A DNA stretch of 64,000 nt, taken from NCBI GenBank assembly GCA_964291295.2, contig OZ219754.1, positions 2,976,001-3,040,000 on the forward strand, written 5' to 3'. The notes beneath the pieces were generated by a model. That model was not told the origin of the DNA, made no database searches, and saw only the letters and a list, made by a program, of their open reading frames with translations. Shown here piece after piece: positions 1-9,659 of this stretch. Numbering within the stretch: position 1 is the first letter of the stretch; each line of letters starts with the position of its first letter. Both the position numbers and the translations under genes were made by a program. The DNA is from an uncultured Candidatus Binatia bacterium (GTDB lineage: Bacteria > Desulfobacterota > Binatia > UBA9968 > JAJDTQ01).

Positions 1-1510
1 CGAGCCAGTCGCGCAGGCCGAGCGTCGAAAGACAGTCGTCGCGGTTGTAGTCCTGCACAACCCTTCGGCTCTCGCCGGTCAAGCCCCCGACATCGGCAAA
101 CTCCAGGCAAGCCTGGACGTGCGCCAGCGCGCGGTTGGCTTCAGGCAGAGCGATGCCGCGCCTGAATTCGTGAAACCGCTCGAGTTCCTTGAGCGAGTAA
201 CTTTCCACGCTGGCGCGAATGCCGCCGCGCACGACGCTGTGGAGATCCACCAGCAAACCCGCGCGAAGCATCCGGTCGATCTCTTCCTCCCGCGTGGCGT
301 ATCGGCCCATCAGACGCTTGAGCGCAGCCGGCTCATACGGAGCGAAGTGATAGACATGCATGTCCGGATAACGCTGCCAGCGCGCGATGATGCCGTCGAC
401 GAACTCCTCGAAGGCAATCTTCTCCTCCTCGCGAGTGAGCGACCACCGAGCCGTATAGTGCGCGGTGCCCTGTTCGCCCAACGCAACATGACCGAACAGA
501 TATTCGAGACCGCCCTCGCCAACGTAGGGATCTCCTTCCAGGTCGAAGAAGAGATCCCCGGCTGACGGTTCCGGCAACCGTGCCAGGCCATGTCCCGCCA
601 AGGGCTCGAGCGGCTCGTAAACGGGCATCCCCTCTTCGCGGGCGGCGACCTGTACCCGGGCCTGCTCGCGGATTCGCTCGTACGTATGGACCGCACCGCG
701 CTCCGGCTTCCACGTCAGCGGCAGCGGTTCGGCGGCAAGCGCCGTCACCGTGGTGATATCGCGCCGTCTCAACTCCCCGATCTGGAGACCGGACGTTCCG
801 GCAACGAGGGACAGATGGTCGTCGGCACGGCGGCGGGCATCGCAGACCCGCCGCCAGCGGCAGACTTCACAGTGCTGTCTGGGATCCGGACAGGTTTGCA
901 CACCCGCATCATCGACCACGGCCGCTTCCAGACTTCGTTTCACGAGCCGGTAATAGGCCAAGTAGTCGTTCGACCGAAAAACCTGCGGCTCGAAGTCCGA
1001 CCCCACGACATGCATGAACTCCGGGACCAGGCCCTGCACTTTCGCGACAAGATCCGTATAGAGACAGAGTTGCAGAACACTCCCGCCTTTGGTTTCCCGC
1101 GCGAGCTTGGTGTCCATCACTTCGTAGGACCATTCGCCAAGGTCGCTCGGCGTATCCACACGCCTCAGGATGTCTGCTCGACCGCCCCACCGCCCGTCCA
1201 GCAGAACGCCCCGGCAGATGACCTCCGCGCCGGCGCTCATGGCGTCCAGGGTCTCCCTGGCCTGCTTCTCTTCCAGCCCTGCACCCTCGATCCGCACGAT
1301 CTCGCGACCCACCCCTTCGAGATGGTCGCGAAAAGCCTGTTCATGCAGGTCGCCCCGCCTGCGGAGAATTTCGAGCAGCCGGTCCCGACGCTCTGGCTTC
1401 GAGCGGGCGCCTCTCGCAACCTCGATGTTCAGTTGGGTGAGGTGATTGCAACTCAAGTGGCCCGCCAGGTCGGTGGCACTCAAGTGGAGGATTCCCTTGT
1501 TGTCCCACAT
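1..1510 (-). CDS. TM0106-family RecB-like nuclease (N-terminal PD-(D/E)XK plus RNase H-like domain); 3' part runs off the window
   Basis: Not in the ORF track (no stop in window). Manual translation from ATG 1510: MWDNKGILHLSATDLAGHLSCNHL...RADILRRVDTPSDLGEWSYEVMDTKLARETKGGSVLQLCLY...HCEVCRWRRVC...GDLFFDLEGDPYVGEGGLEYLFG...HVYHFAPYEPAALKRL...VESYSLKELE, all typical of this family. Confidence 0.88.
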   Translation of the reverse strand, partial: MWDNKGILHLSATDLAGHLSCNHLTQLNIEVARGARSKPERRDRLLEILRRRGDLHEQAFRDHLEGVGREIVRIEGAGLEEKQARETLDAMSAGAEVICRGVLLDGRWGGRADILRRVDTPSDLGEWSYEVMDTKLARETKGGSVLQLCLYTDLVAKVQGLVPEFMHVVGSDFEPQVFRSNDYLAYYRLVKRSLEAAVVDDAGVQTCPDPRQHCEVCRWRRVCDARRRADDHLSLVAGTSGLQIGELRRRDITTVTALAAEPLPLTWKPERGAVHTYERIREQARVQVAAREEGMPVYEPLEPLAGHGLARLPEPSAGDLFFDLEGDPYVGEGGLEYLFGHVALGEQGTAHYTARWSLTREEEKIAFEEFVDGIIARWQRYPDMHVYHFAPYEPAALKRLMGRYATREEEIDRMLRAGLLVDLHSVVRGGIRASVESYSLKELERFHEFRRGIALPEANRALAHVQACLEFADVGGLTGESRRVVQDYNRDDCLSTLGLRDWL

Positions 1511-1665
1511 CAAGCGATTTCTCTTTCTCAATCCCCATGTCACCGCGGGTGCGAAACAGGGCGCATGGCAGGATGCATGGCACATGGCCTGAACCCGGGG
1601 ACAGCCACTCCGGGATCGGACCCGTCACCGGAGCCGCCCTGTTACGCAGTCGCGCGAAAGACAGC

Positions 1666-1815
1666 CTACCGCTTGCGACGGCGGTTGGGCCTCTGGGCCA
1701 GCGCCGAAGCGGCGGCAGTCTTTGCGGCCTTGCTGGACAGTGGGTTCCGCAGGACCTTGGAAGCGGCCGACGCGGCCTTCCTGCTGGCGACTTCGGTGTT
1801 TCTCTTGCGTTTCAT
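1666..1815 (-). CDS. Small basic Ala/Lys/Ser-rich protein (49 aa), hypothetical
   Basis: ATG 1815 to TAG 1666: MKRKRNTEVASRKAASAASKVLRNPLSSKAAKTAAASALAQRPNRRRKR; AAGGA-type SD upstream; below the ORF-track length cutoff. Confidence 0.75.
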   Translation of the reverse strand: MKRKRNTEVASRKAASAASKVLRNPLSSKAAKTAAASALAQRPNRRRKR

Positions 1816-1821
1816 GGCAAG

Positions 1822-1847
1822 GAGTTCCTTTCAAGAGTTCCTTTCAA
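1822..1847. repeat. 13-bp tandem duplication GAGTTCCTTTCAA x2
   Basis: Read directly; duplicates the SD-containing segment upstream of the 49-aa ORF. Confidence 0.85.
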
Positions 1848-1904
1848 GGTTGAGCTTGACCGGACCACGCCGGTCAGATAAGTAGATACACGTATTTGGC
1901 GCCA

Positions 1905-1925
1905 TGTCAATATGCTTTATTGACA
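1905..1925. promoter_or_regulatory. Perfect 8-bp inverted repeat TGTCAATA-TGCTT-TATTGACA: candidate WYL-regulator operator carrying TTGACA on both strands
   Basis: Seen in the AT-rich divergent intergenic region between the small ORF and the WYL gene; operator role is inferred. Confidence 0.65.
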
Positions 1926-1958
1926 GAATAAATCTTCTCTACGGACCGGAGAGCGAGT

Positions 1959-2861
1959 GTGATACAGGAACCTGACACCGGGAATGCGGGAGGCGAGGCC
2001 CGCCAGGCACTGAGGTGGGGCATTGAACAACGGCTCGAGTTCATCGATTTCCGCCTCTTTTGGGACGGCCGCATAAACCGTGGCGACATCACCGAAAAGT
2101 TCGGAATTTCCATTCCCCAAGCGTCAGCCGATCTCGCACGGTACCGGGAGATGGCGCCGGACAACCTCCGCTATGACCTGAGCCTCAAGTGCTATCTGGC
2201 AACGCAGGAGTACCGGCCGGTTTTCGAGGTCGAAGACGCAGGCCAGTATCTGGCACAACTGAAGTCTCTCGGGAGCGGCACGACGGCACGGGAAGAGACC
2301 TGGCTGGCCGAAACGCCCGAGTTCCGGATCGTGCCGACCCCAGGGAGGAATGTGGACAGTCGGAGCCTGAGGGCGGTCTTGCGCGGCATTCGAGATGGCC
2401 TCGCGTTCCACATTCGATATCAGTCGATGTCAAGACCGGAACCGCACTGGCGTTGGATCACGCCGCACGCGCTGGGTTTCGACGGCTTCCGGTGGCATGT
2501 GCGGGCCTTGTGCCACAACGATGATACCTTCAAGGATTTCGTGTTCGCCCGAATTTACGAAATCGGGGAATCCCGGCCCCATGCCATGGATTCAAGGGCC
2601 GACAAAGCTTGGTTCGATTCGGTGACAGTGATAGTCTCTCCCAACCCCGGTCTCTCGGAAAGCCAGTCGAACGCAGTCAAGATCGACTATGGCATGCCGG
2701 AAGGAGTACGGGCGATTACCCTCTCAGGTGCTCTCCTCTACTATTTCCTGAAGCACATGGGACTCCTTGTGGATGCGCAACGACCGCAGGACCAGCAGAT
2801 CGTGCTCGTGAATAAGGCAGAAGTGATGGCAGCGTTGAATCGATCGTGGGGAACGCGGTGA
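1959..2861 (+). CDS. WYL-domain transcriptional regulator (CapW/BrxR-like wHTH-WYL-WCX)
   Basis: LRWGIEQRLEFIDFRLFWDGRINRGDITEKFGISIPQASADLARY wHTH; YQSMSRP..WRWITPHALGFDGFRWHVRALC..FKDFVFARI WYL domain. Confidence 0.92.
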   Translation: MIQEPDTGNAGGEARQALRWGIEQRLEFIDFRLFWDGRINRGDITEKFGISIPQASADLARYREMAPDNLRYDLSLKCYLATQEYRPVFEVEDAGQYLAQLKSLGSGTTAREETWLAETPEFRIVPTPGRNVDSRSLRAVLRGIRDGLAFHIRYQSMSRPEPHWRWITPHALGFDGFRWHVRALCHNDDTFKDFVFARIYEIGESRPHAMDSRADKAWFDSVTVIVSPNPGLSESQSNAVKIDYGMPEGVRAITLSGALLYYFLKHMGLLVDAQRPQDQQIVLVNKAEVMAALNRSWGTR

Positions 2862-3075
2862 CCTGATATCCCGTGCCAGGAGTCTGCGCCGCGGAACAGG
2901 ATGAAAAGAGAAGGCGGGATGGCTTTGAAGGGGATGGATTGCGCAAGGAGACGAGAACATGATGATGGAAGGCAGAGTTGGATGCCGACGACGTTTCGTT
3001 CCTTCCGCATGAGCCGGCAATGATGGTGAAGGTACTGGCTTACATGATGCTCCGGCGCCGCGGGTGGAGAGATCA

Positions 3076-4638
3076 ATGACCCGACGCCGTCTTCCGATCG
3101 GAATCCAGGACTTCCGCACGATCCGGAGCGAGAACTTCCACTATGTCGACAAGACCTGCCTCATCCGGCAACTGGTGTATGAGGGGCGCCACTATTTCCT
3201 GTCCCGGCCACGCCGGTTCGGCAAGAGCCTGCTGCTCGACACGCTGCGGTCGCTGTTTGCCTGTCACGAACCCCTGTTCCGGGGACTGGACATCCACCCT
3301 CATTGGGACTGGTCCTCGCCGCATCCGGTGGTGCGGCTGAGCTTCGACGGGAAATACAATGAACCCGGGGATATCGAGCGCAACATCCTGACCCAACTCG
3401 AATTGATCGAACGCGATGCCGGTCTCCCGCCCGCTTCCTGCAGGACCGGGCCCGAACGCCTTCTCGATCTTCTCCATCGACTCCACGCCGCCGCCGGGCG
3501 GCCGGTGGCAGTGCTGGTGGACGAGTATGACAAGCCCATCCTCGACGTGCTCCACGACCCGGAGCTCGCGGCGGCCAACCGGGACTACCTGCGCGGCTTC
3601 TACGGCATCGTCAAGGGCAGCGCCGCACATGTCCGCTTCGTCTTCGTCACCGGTGTCAGCATGTTCTCCAAGGTCAGCCTGTTCTCGGGGCTCAACAATC
3701 TGAAGGACATCAGCCTTGATCCGCGCTACGCCACCATCTGCGGCTACCGGGACGAGGATCTGGATCGGGTCTTCGGCGCCGAGATGGCCGGGCTGGACCG
3801 CGATGCAATCCGCACCTGGTACGACGGCTATCACTGGCGGGGCGGGGAGCGGGTCTACAATCCCTACGACGTGCTTCTGCTGCTCGACAGCCGCGAGTTC
3901 CGTCCGTACTGGTTCGAGACCGGCTCTCCGAACTTCCTGTTCCGGATGCTGATGGAGAAGTCCGTGAGCCCGATGGAACTGGAGGGCCGGCTGGCGGACA
4001 TGTCGTTGATCTCCAAGTTCGATGTGGGCGATATCGACATCGAGGCGCTGCTCTTCCAGACCGGCTGTCTGACCATTGCGGAGGAAGAGAGGCTGGGCCA
4101 CCGGACCCTGTACCGGCTGGACTATCCCAATCTGGAGGTTCGGCTGAGCTTGAACGACGAGTTGCTTGCCTGGCTGGGCAAGAAGGGGGCCGAGCCGCTG
4201 GAGCGGGGCCGGGAGTTCTGCGCGCTGCTGGAGGCCGGCGACTTCACGGGCTTCGGCGAGAGGCTCCGCGCCTGGCTGGCGGGGATCCCCTACCAGTGGC
4301 ATGCCAAGGGCGATCTGGCGCGCTACGAGGCCTGGTACGCGAGCCTTCTCTACATGTGCCTGCGCTCCATCGGAGCGGACCTCCGGGTGGAAGAGGCCTC
4401 GCATCATGGCCGCGCGGACACGGTGTTGCTTCTCGGCGGGCAGGTCTTCGTGCTGGAGTTCAAGATGGCCGAAGGCGAAGATGACAGCGCTGCCGCACTG
4501 GATGCGGCGCTCGCGCAGATGCGCGAGCGGGGCTACGCGGAGAAGTACCGCGACCACGACGGACCGGTCCATTTGATCGGCGTGGCTTGCGGGCGCGAGG
4601 CGCGGAACCTTCTCGAAGTCCGCGCCGAGCCCGCATGA
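3076..4638 (+). CDS. AAA-ATPase-like protein with C-terminal PD-(D/E)XK nuclease domain (DUF1703 type)
   Basis: LPIGIQDF..YVDKT; SRPRRFGKS Walker A; VLVDEYDKP Walker B; GRAD..VLEFK..ALAQMRERGYAEKY. Confidence 0.92.
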   Translation: MTRRRLPIGIQDFRTIRSENFHYVDKTCLIRQLVYEGRHYFLSRPRRFGKSLLLDTLRSLFACHEPLFRGLDIHPHWDWSSPHPVVRLSFDGKYNEPGDIERNILTQLELIERDAGLPPASCRTGPERLLDLLHRLHAAAGRPVAVLVDEYDKPILDVLHDPELAAANRDYLRGFYGIVKGSAAHVRFVFVTGVSMFSKVSLFSGLNNLKDISLDPRYATICGYRDEDLDRVFGAEMAGLDRDAIRTWYDGYHWRGGERVYNPYDVLLLLDSREFRPYWFETGSPNFLFRMLMEKSVSPMELEGRLADMSLISKFDVGDIDIEALLFQTGCLTIAEEERLGHRTLYRLDYPNLEVRLSLNDELLAWLGKKGAEPLERGREFCALLEAGDFTGFGERLRAWLAGIPYQWHAKGDLARYEAWYASLLYMCLRSIGADLRVEEASHHGRADTVLLLGGQVFVLEFKMAEGEDDSAAALDAALAQMRERGYAEKYRDHDGPVHLIGVACGREARNLLEVRAEPA

Positions 4639-4809
4639 GCCGAACCCGCCAACGCCGGACACCACGACACCGCCGAATCCCTGCCGGAATGCCAACCTCG
4701 GCACCCGGTTCGCCGAACCGTGCGGTCAGGTGAAGAACAGAAAGGACAGTATCCCGGGCGTCGAGCCGGATGCGCTGCGCATGAATGACGGCCACGGCAG
4801 AACGCCGGG

Positions 4810-4843
4810 ATGCCTTGACATGCCTTGACATGCCTTGACATGC
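4810..4843. repeat. 10-bp tandem repeat ATGCCTTGAC x3.4
   Basis: Read directly; each unit yields TTGACA (4815, 4825, 4835). Confidence 0.9.
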
Positions 4844-4863
4844 GCCATAGGGCATATTACGGT
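4835..4863 (+). promoter_or_regulatory. Sigma70-type promoter of higBA (TTGACA-17 bp-TACGGT), probably leaderless
   Basis: -35 at 4835-4840, -10 at 4858-4863, ATG at 4869 with no SD. Confidence 0.55.
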
Positions 4864-4868
4864 CCGCC

Positions 4869-5147
4869 ATGATACGGAGTTTCAGGAGCCGGGCGCTGCG
4901 GCGCTTCATGGAGAGCGGCGATGCGCGGCGCATCCACCCGGAGCACCGAGAGACCGTGCGCGACATCCTGGTGCGTCTCAATGCGTCCGCGGCCCCGGAC
5001 GACATGGCCCTGTCGGGGTTTCGACTGCACCCGCTCAAGGGCATGTATGCCGGCTTCTGGGCGGTGACGGTGCGCGCCAACTGGCGGGTGATCTTCCGGT
5101 TCGAGGACGGCCACACCGCCGATGTCGACTATCTGGACTACCATCAG
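4869..5147 (+). CDS. higB: HigB (RelE/ParE-superfamily) toxin; expected stop after ...DYLDYH is CAG, so the frame runs on to 5888
   Basis: [49 protein letters not shown] is a complete HigB; next codon 5145-5147 is CAG. Confidence 0.85.
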
Positions 5148-5160
5148 GGAGGCAAGGCCC

Positions 5161-5448
5161 ATGCTGATGCACGATCCGCCCCACCCGGGCGCCTTCATCC
5201 GGCGCCAGTGCCTCGAACCCCTCGGCCTGACGGTGACCGAGGCTGCGAAGGGGCTCGCGGTCTCGCGCAACACGCTCTCGCTTCTGCTCAACGGCCGCCT
5301 CGGCATCTCGCCGGAGATGGCGATCCGGCTGTCGGAGGCCTTCGGCGGAAGCCCCGAAAGCTGGTTGACCCAGCAGATGCAGTACGACCTCTGGCATGCA
5401 CAGCAGAGCCGCAACCCGGTCGAGGTTCGCAAATTTGCGGCGACATGA
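5161..5448 (+). CDS. higA: HigA addiction-module antitoxin (XRE HTH)
   Basis: [71 protein letters not shown]; GGAGG SD upstream. Confidence 0.93.
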   Translation: MLMHDPPHPGAFIRRQCLEPLGLTVTEAAKGLAVSRNTLSLLLNGRLGISPEMAIRLSEAFGGSPESWLTQQMQYDLWHAQQSRNPVEVRKFAAT

Positions 5449-5589
5449 CCGGCGCGCCGCCCTGGACCTGCTCCAGTACCTCGTCGTCCGCGCCAAGGTC
5501 TTCGCCGAGTTGTTGCAGAACAGCCGCCGCGCCCGCGTCCACAGGATCCGTATTGCCGTTGAACACTCCGCTCCGCGCCGAAGAGATCC

Positions 5590-5933
5590 GTTCATCACCG
5601 TGCTCTCTTGCCAACTCGTCCAGGCCATCCGCACTCGCCTGCGTCAGGCACACGAGAACGCCAGCTGGACCACGCTGCGCCGCGTCGTCCAAGGACAGCA
5701 GGCATCACCGGCACATGCCGGCTCACCACCACGTGCCGGCGGGCGCACCCTGCACATGCGCAGGGCGACCCGAGCCGAACCCACCCGGCAGGCCGTCTAC
5801 AAAGCCGTGGACATCAATCCCGTTCCCGGAGGAACCCGCGCGCAGTCAATCCTCATGTAGTGCCACTCGCCGCTTTTGCCCACCATAACCATATGATATG
5901 AAAAGAAATTGTACAGAGGCTGGTAAAGTTGGG
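5590..5933 (+). mobile_element. IS1634-family remnant (transposase C-terminus plus right end)
   Basis: FITVLSCQLVQAIRTRLR..SWTTLRR..GRTLHMRRATRAEP..VYKAVDINPVPGG resembles IS1634 transposase C-termini, with an internal frame disruption; AT-rich tail ending AAAGTTGGG. Confidence 0.65.
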
Positions 5934-6136
5934 CTACGCTCCGCCGAACGTCCAGCCTGGCGAAGCAGTCGTCAATACACCAACATTCGAAGCGGATCCG
6001 TCACCGGGGGAGATCAGGCCCGGCATCGGGGCAGCGCGTCCTTGTCCGGGCGGGAAGCATGCCGCGCGGGCTCCAGGCGACGGAGACGCTCTGAACGGAC
6101 CGGCCGCCACGGGATGCGGCGGCAGTGGAGGGGAAC

Positions 6137-6418
6137 ATGGACGAACGGGATGCGCCGCAGCCGGCATCGTCGGAGGAGGAAGACCGGATCGCCGAGACAC
6201 CAGCGGTCTTCGTCAACAAGGTCTTCGTTTCTCCCATGGCGGACGGCGCGAAGATCACATTTGCCGAGACACGCCGGGCGTCCGGCGAGGACCCAGCGTC
6301 ACCGCGGGTGGCGGTGTTCCTGCAACACGCCGACCTCGCTGCGCTCCGTCGCCTGCTCGACTGGACGGCGCAGGACAGCGAAACGCCGCCGGAGCGCTTC
6401 GGCGGGTCGATGCATTAG
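6137..6418 (+). CDS. Small hypothetical protein (93 aa)
   Basis: GGAGGG SD before ATG 6137; protein-like core TPAVFVNKVFVSPMADGAKITFAE..RVAVFL..DLAALRRLL. Confidence 0.6.
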   Translation: MDERDAPQPASSEEEDRIAETPAVFVNKVFVSPMADGAKITFAETRRASGEDPASPRVAVFLQHADLAALRRLLDWTAQDSETPPERFGGSMH

Positions 6419-6686
6419 GGTCCATGCGTTGCGCCTGCCGACACCCCATATGGTCAGGGTTCGATGCGGGACACACGCGACGGGCGCGCGGGGCAGCGCC
6501 ATTTCCTCGGCCGTGAAGTCGCGCCCGTAATGGCGGCGCTCGACCGCGCCGGGTCGGCGCCGCTATCGCGCACCGATGCGGCGGCGGGTCGTGGGGACGA
6601 CCCTGAAACAGACGGAAATCCGGCTTGCGGTTCCTCAGAATCTTGGCGCGGGATGATCCTGCTTCACCCGTGCTCCGGCGTCCGCA

Positions 6687-9070
6687 TCAGAATTGCTTCT
6701 TCCATGCGGACCGGACCGTCCATTCCGAGGGCGAGTCCGTCCGGTGGCCGGGCTGCCGGCTCCAGACGGACTCGAGGGTGAGCACACCGCCAGCCAGGGA
6801 GTGGTCGATCCGCGCGCTCAAGTCAAGTTGGCGGCCGGTCGGTGCAAGCTCGACGCCGACGGTCTCGCCGGCCACCCGTCCGTCAACGGTACGGCCTGTG
6901 GGCAGATGGAGGAGCGCAACCCCATCCGTGACGCGGATCGGCTGCGCCACGGCGAAGCGCACGGTTGCGCCGGCGGGAGAGAGGATGTGGGCGGCGGCCA
7001 CGCGAAAGGCGCTGGTGCGCAATGTGGAGATATCACGGATGAACGGCCCGCCGATGGAGTCCGGACGCACGGCGCCCAGTTCTCCCTGAGCCGTCAGTCG
7101 CCATCCCGGAGGTCCGTCCGCCTCCAGCCGGGCCGAGAGAAAAGCGGTGTGGCCCGCGAGCCGCCCGAAGGCTCCGGAAGCGGAACTGCCCAGCAGGCTG
7201 TCCGGCTCTGTGAGCCAGCCGGCCTGCAGGGCGACCGCCGACAGGTCGGCGGGCCGCCATTGCGCGGCGAAGCCCGAAAGGGGCTGGCCCCCTCTCTCCC
7301 GCGGTCGCTGGAAGAAGGCGGCGGACCAGTCCCAGGGCGTGGAGAGGTCGAAGCGGGCGGCTCCGTCGGCAAGCGCAAGATGGCCGGGAAATCGGCCGGG
7401 GGGCCGGGCATGCAGTCTCCATGCGCCGTCCTCCGGCCGGGGCTTCCCGGAATCGGCGAAAAGCCGGTCCGGTAGAACGGGCGCGGCGCGTTGCGGGGGC
7501 GGCCGCACAAAGTCGCCGGCCGCGAACCAGAAGGGCGCGCCGGGTTCGTCGAAGGCGGCGACCTCGCGCGGCCCGAGAGCGCGGATGAAGCTGTCCCCCA
7601 GGGCTCGGCCCGGACGTAGCGCCGAGCCCGCGACACCGGCCCGTGCGTCCGGCTGCGCCACGGTCCCGCCGGGTCGTATGAAAGTGGCCGTACCCCACGG
7701 CGCCCAGGTCCAGGAGGCCCTGACCATAGGTGGAGCGGTCGGCATAAATGCCCGTCTTGTTGGCCGTGGCAAACAGGCGGCTCACCAGTTCGGTATTGGA
7801 GAGTTGGCCCCGGAAGATCTGCTTCATGATGGCCAGTCCCCCACTGACCATCGGCGCGGCATAGGACGTTCCACTCACAGTCCTCCAGTTTCGAACACCG
7901 CTCACTCCAAGAAGGTTCCGAAATGGGCGGCCCGGACATACGTACCCGGTGCGGCGATACAGTAATCGGCGGTGATGCCGCAGCGATTGGAGTAATCCGC
8001 AATGGCGCCATCCTCCTCCATGGCAGCGACCGCGATCGAATGACCTCGCAACTCCGCGATGCGAGAGGGCAGACCGGCCCAGAACTTGGGGGAAGAGCCA
8101 ATGACCTTGCCATTGACGCATCGTGCAGCCCCGACTTCAGCCGCGTTGCAGGCGCGTCCATGGTTATTGCCTGCGCTCCAGACAAGGATTGTTTTTTCCG
8201 GGCGTTCTCTTGCGCAAGGACGGAGATGGTTCTGGCGTAATTCCTGCTTATCTGGTTCTTTCTGTAATCTTCAATGTTTCCGTCAAATCGCATGCTGACG
8301 TTCAGGATATCTATCTGCCCTCCCAAAGCTGCCTTGAACAGCTCGGAATCATCGAGGTCCCTGCTGTTCAACTGTTTGAGCGAAGCGGGTTGATAAGAGG
8401 GGGGTCCACTGCTGGACGGGATAGCGAACATGGCGATGTCGGCGCCCCAGGCCACTCCTTAATGGGCCTCGGGATCGGATACCCGGTCGCCGGCTGCAAT
8501 GCTGGCGACCCGGGTTCCGCGGGAGTATTCCTTGGCGCTGGTCTCGTCCGTCGCTCCGTTCAAGAACGTCTCGCTGACATCCGTGTCCGAGAAAGAGGGG
8601 TGGTCCTTGTCGATGCCGGAATCGACAAAGCCAAGGGTGACGCCTTCCCCGGGCTCCGCATCGCCTCCCTTGAGGAGGCGCAGATGGGCATGGGCATGGT
8701 CGGCGCCAATGGTTTCCAGGCCCCATTGATTTCGGAAACCCGCTTCGCTCCTGTAATCGCGGGACCATTCCTTCGCCTTCAGGAGAAATGCCTCCCTTGC
8801 GATGCAGCCAAGTTCAAGGGAAGGGTGGGTGGCAACGGTGTCGGCCGGACAGGATGACGGCGCCCGCGACTCGTCGTCCACGGGATCCGGTGTTTGGGCG
8901 GGCAGCCCGTCGTCCACAGGGTCCGGTGTACCGCCGGACGGACCGCCGCCCGCGGAGCCCCCTCCCCCGCCTCCGCAGCCCGCCAGAGCGAGGGTCGCGC
9001 ACAGGGCCAAGGAGCAGACAATCCCGATCCTCCTCGGCGCCCGACGATTCTCGCGCCTGCCGCGACTCAT
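6687..9070 (-). pseudogene. S8 subtilase lipoprotein with C-terminal beta-barrel-like domain, disrupted
   Basis: Lipobox LAGC; GFVDSGID (Asp); RGTRVASIAAG where HGT is expected; TAA at 8459-8461; SAGN, GTSYAAPMVSG and the C-terminal ..WKKQF lie in different frames. Confidence 0.8.
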
Positions 9071-9659
9071 GATGCCGATGGCTGCACGTCCGGCGTTTCT
9101 GCACCCCGGCAAGTCTTGACCATGACCCACACGCCCCGCCCTCAAGTCATATGGGTCATGTTGCAGCCAGGGCAGGGCAAAGTTGCGCGCACATGAGGCG
9201 GATCGTGTCCCGACCGAACAGCCGCGGCAGATCGTGCATCCCGGATGCGTCCATCGCCGTCGTCATGACCTCATCCCCCGTCCCGAATTTTGCCTCCCGG
9301 TGTCATTCCCGCGCGCCTGCACCCTTCCTGGAATGACGAAAGCCCGGCGAAATTCAGCAACTCTTCTGTTTGATCTTCCGTCTGCAGGGGTCCGTCCAGA
9401 AGTCCACCGAGAGGTGCCTTTGTTCACCATTCAGGGCAAGTCTCGGTGTGCGACGGCTCAAGAGCCTGAGAGGGCTTGGGAACCGGGTGCGCCATGCGGC
9501 ATGTCGGCGCTTCCAATCAACCAGATACCGGAAGTGCCCGATGTCCCTTGATGAGATCCGATGCGATGTGTGGACGTGATTTCAAGGGGAGTTGTTCCCG
9601 AGCCTGGCCGAGGCCATTGGCCCTCCGCGCAAGCGCCACAGCCAGTGCCCTGATCCTCC

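Noticed and set aside
590-1885. 431-aa plus-strand ORF
   Set aside because: Antisense shadow of the TM0106 nuclease and the small peptide; no motifs
5148-5888. HigB C-terminal extension as a real fused domain
   Set aside because: Low-complexity out-of-frame translation over higA and the IS remnant
8459-8461. In-frame stop in the S8 protease as a recoding site
   Set aside because: It is TAA at a non-Cys position, and the gene has several other lesions
9302-9337. GTCATTCC...GGAATGAC inverted repeat resembling REP-like palindromic elements
   Set aside because: Single degenerate copy in the window; cannot support a repeat family
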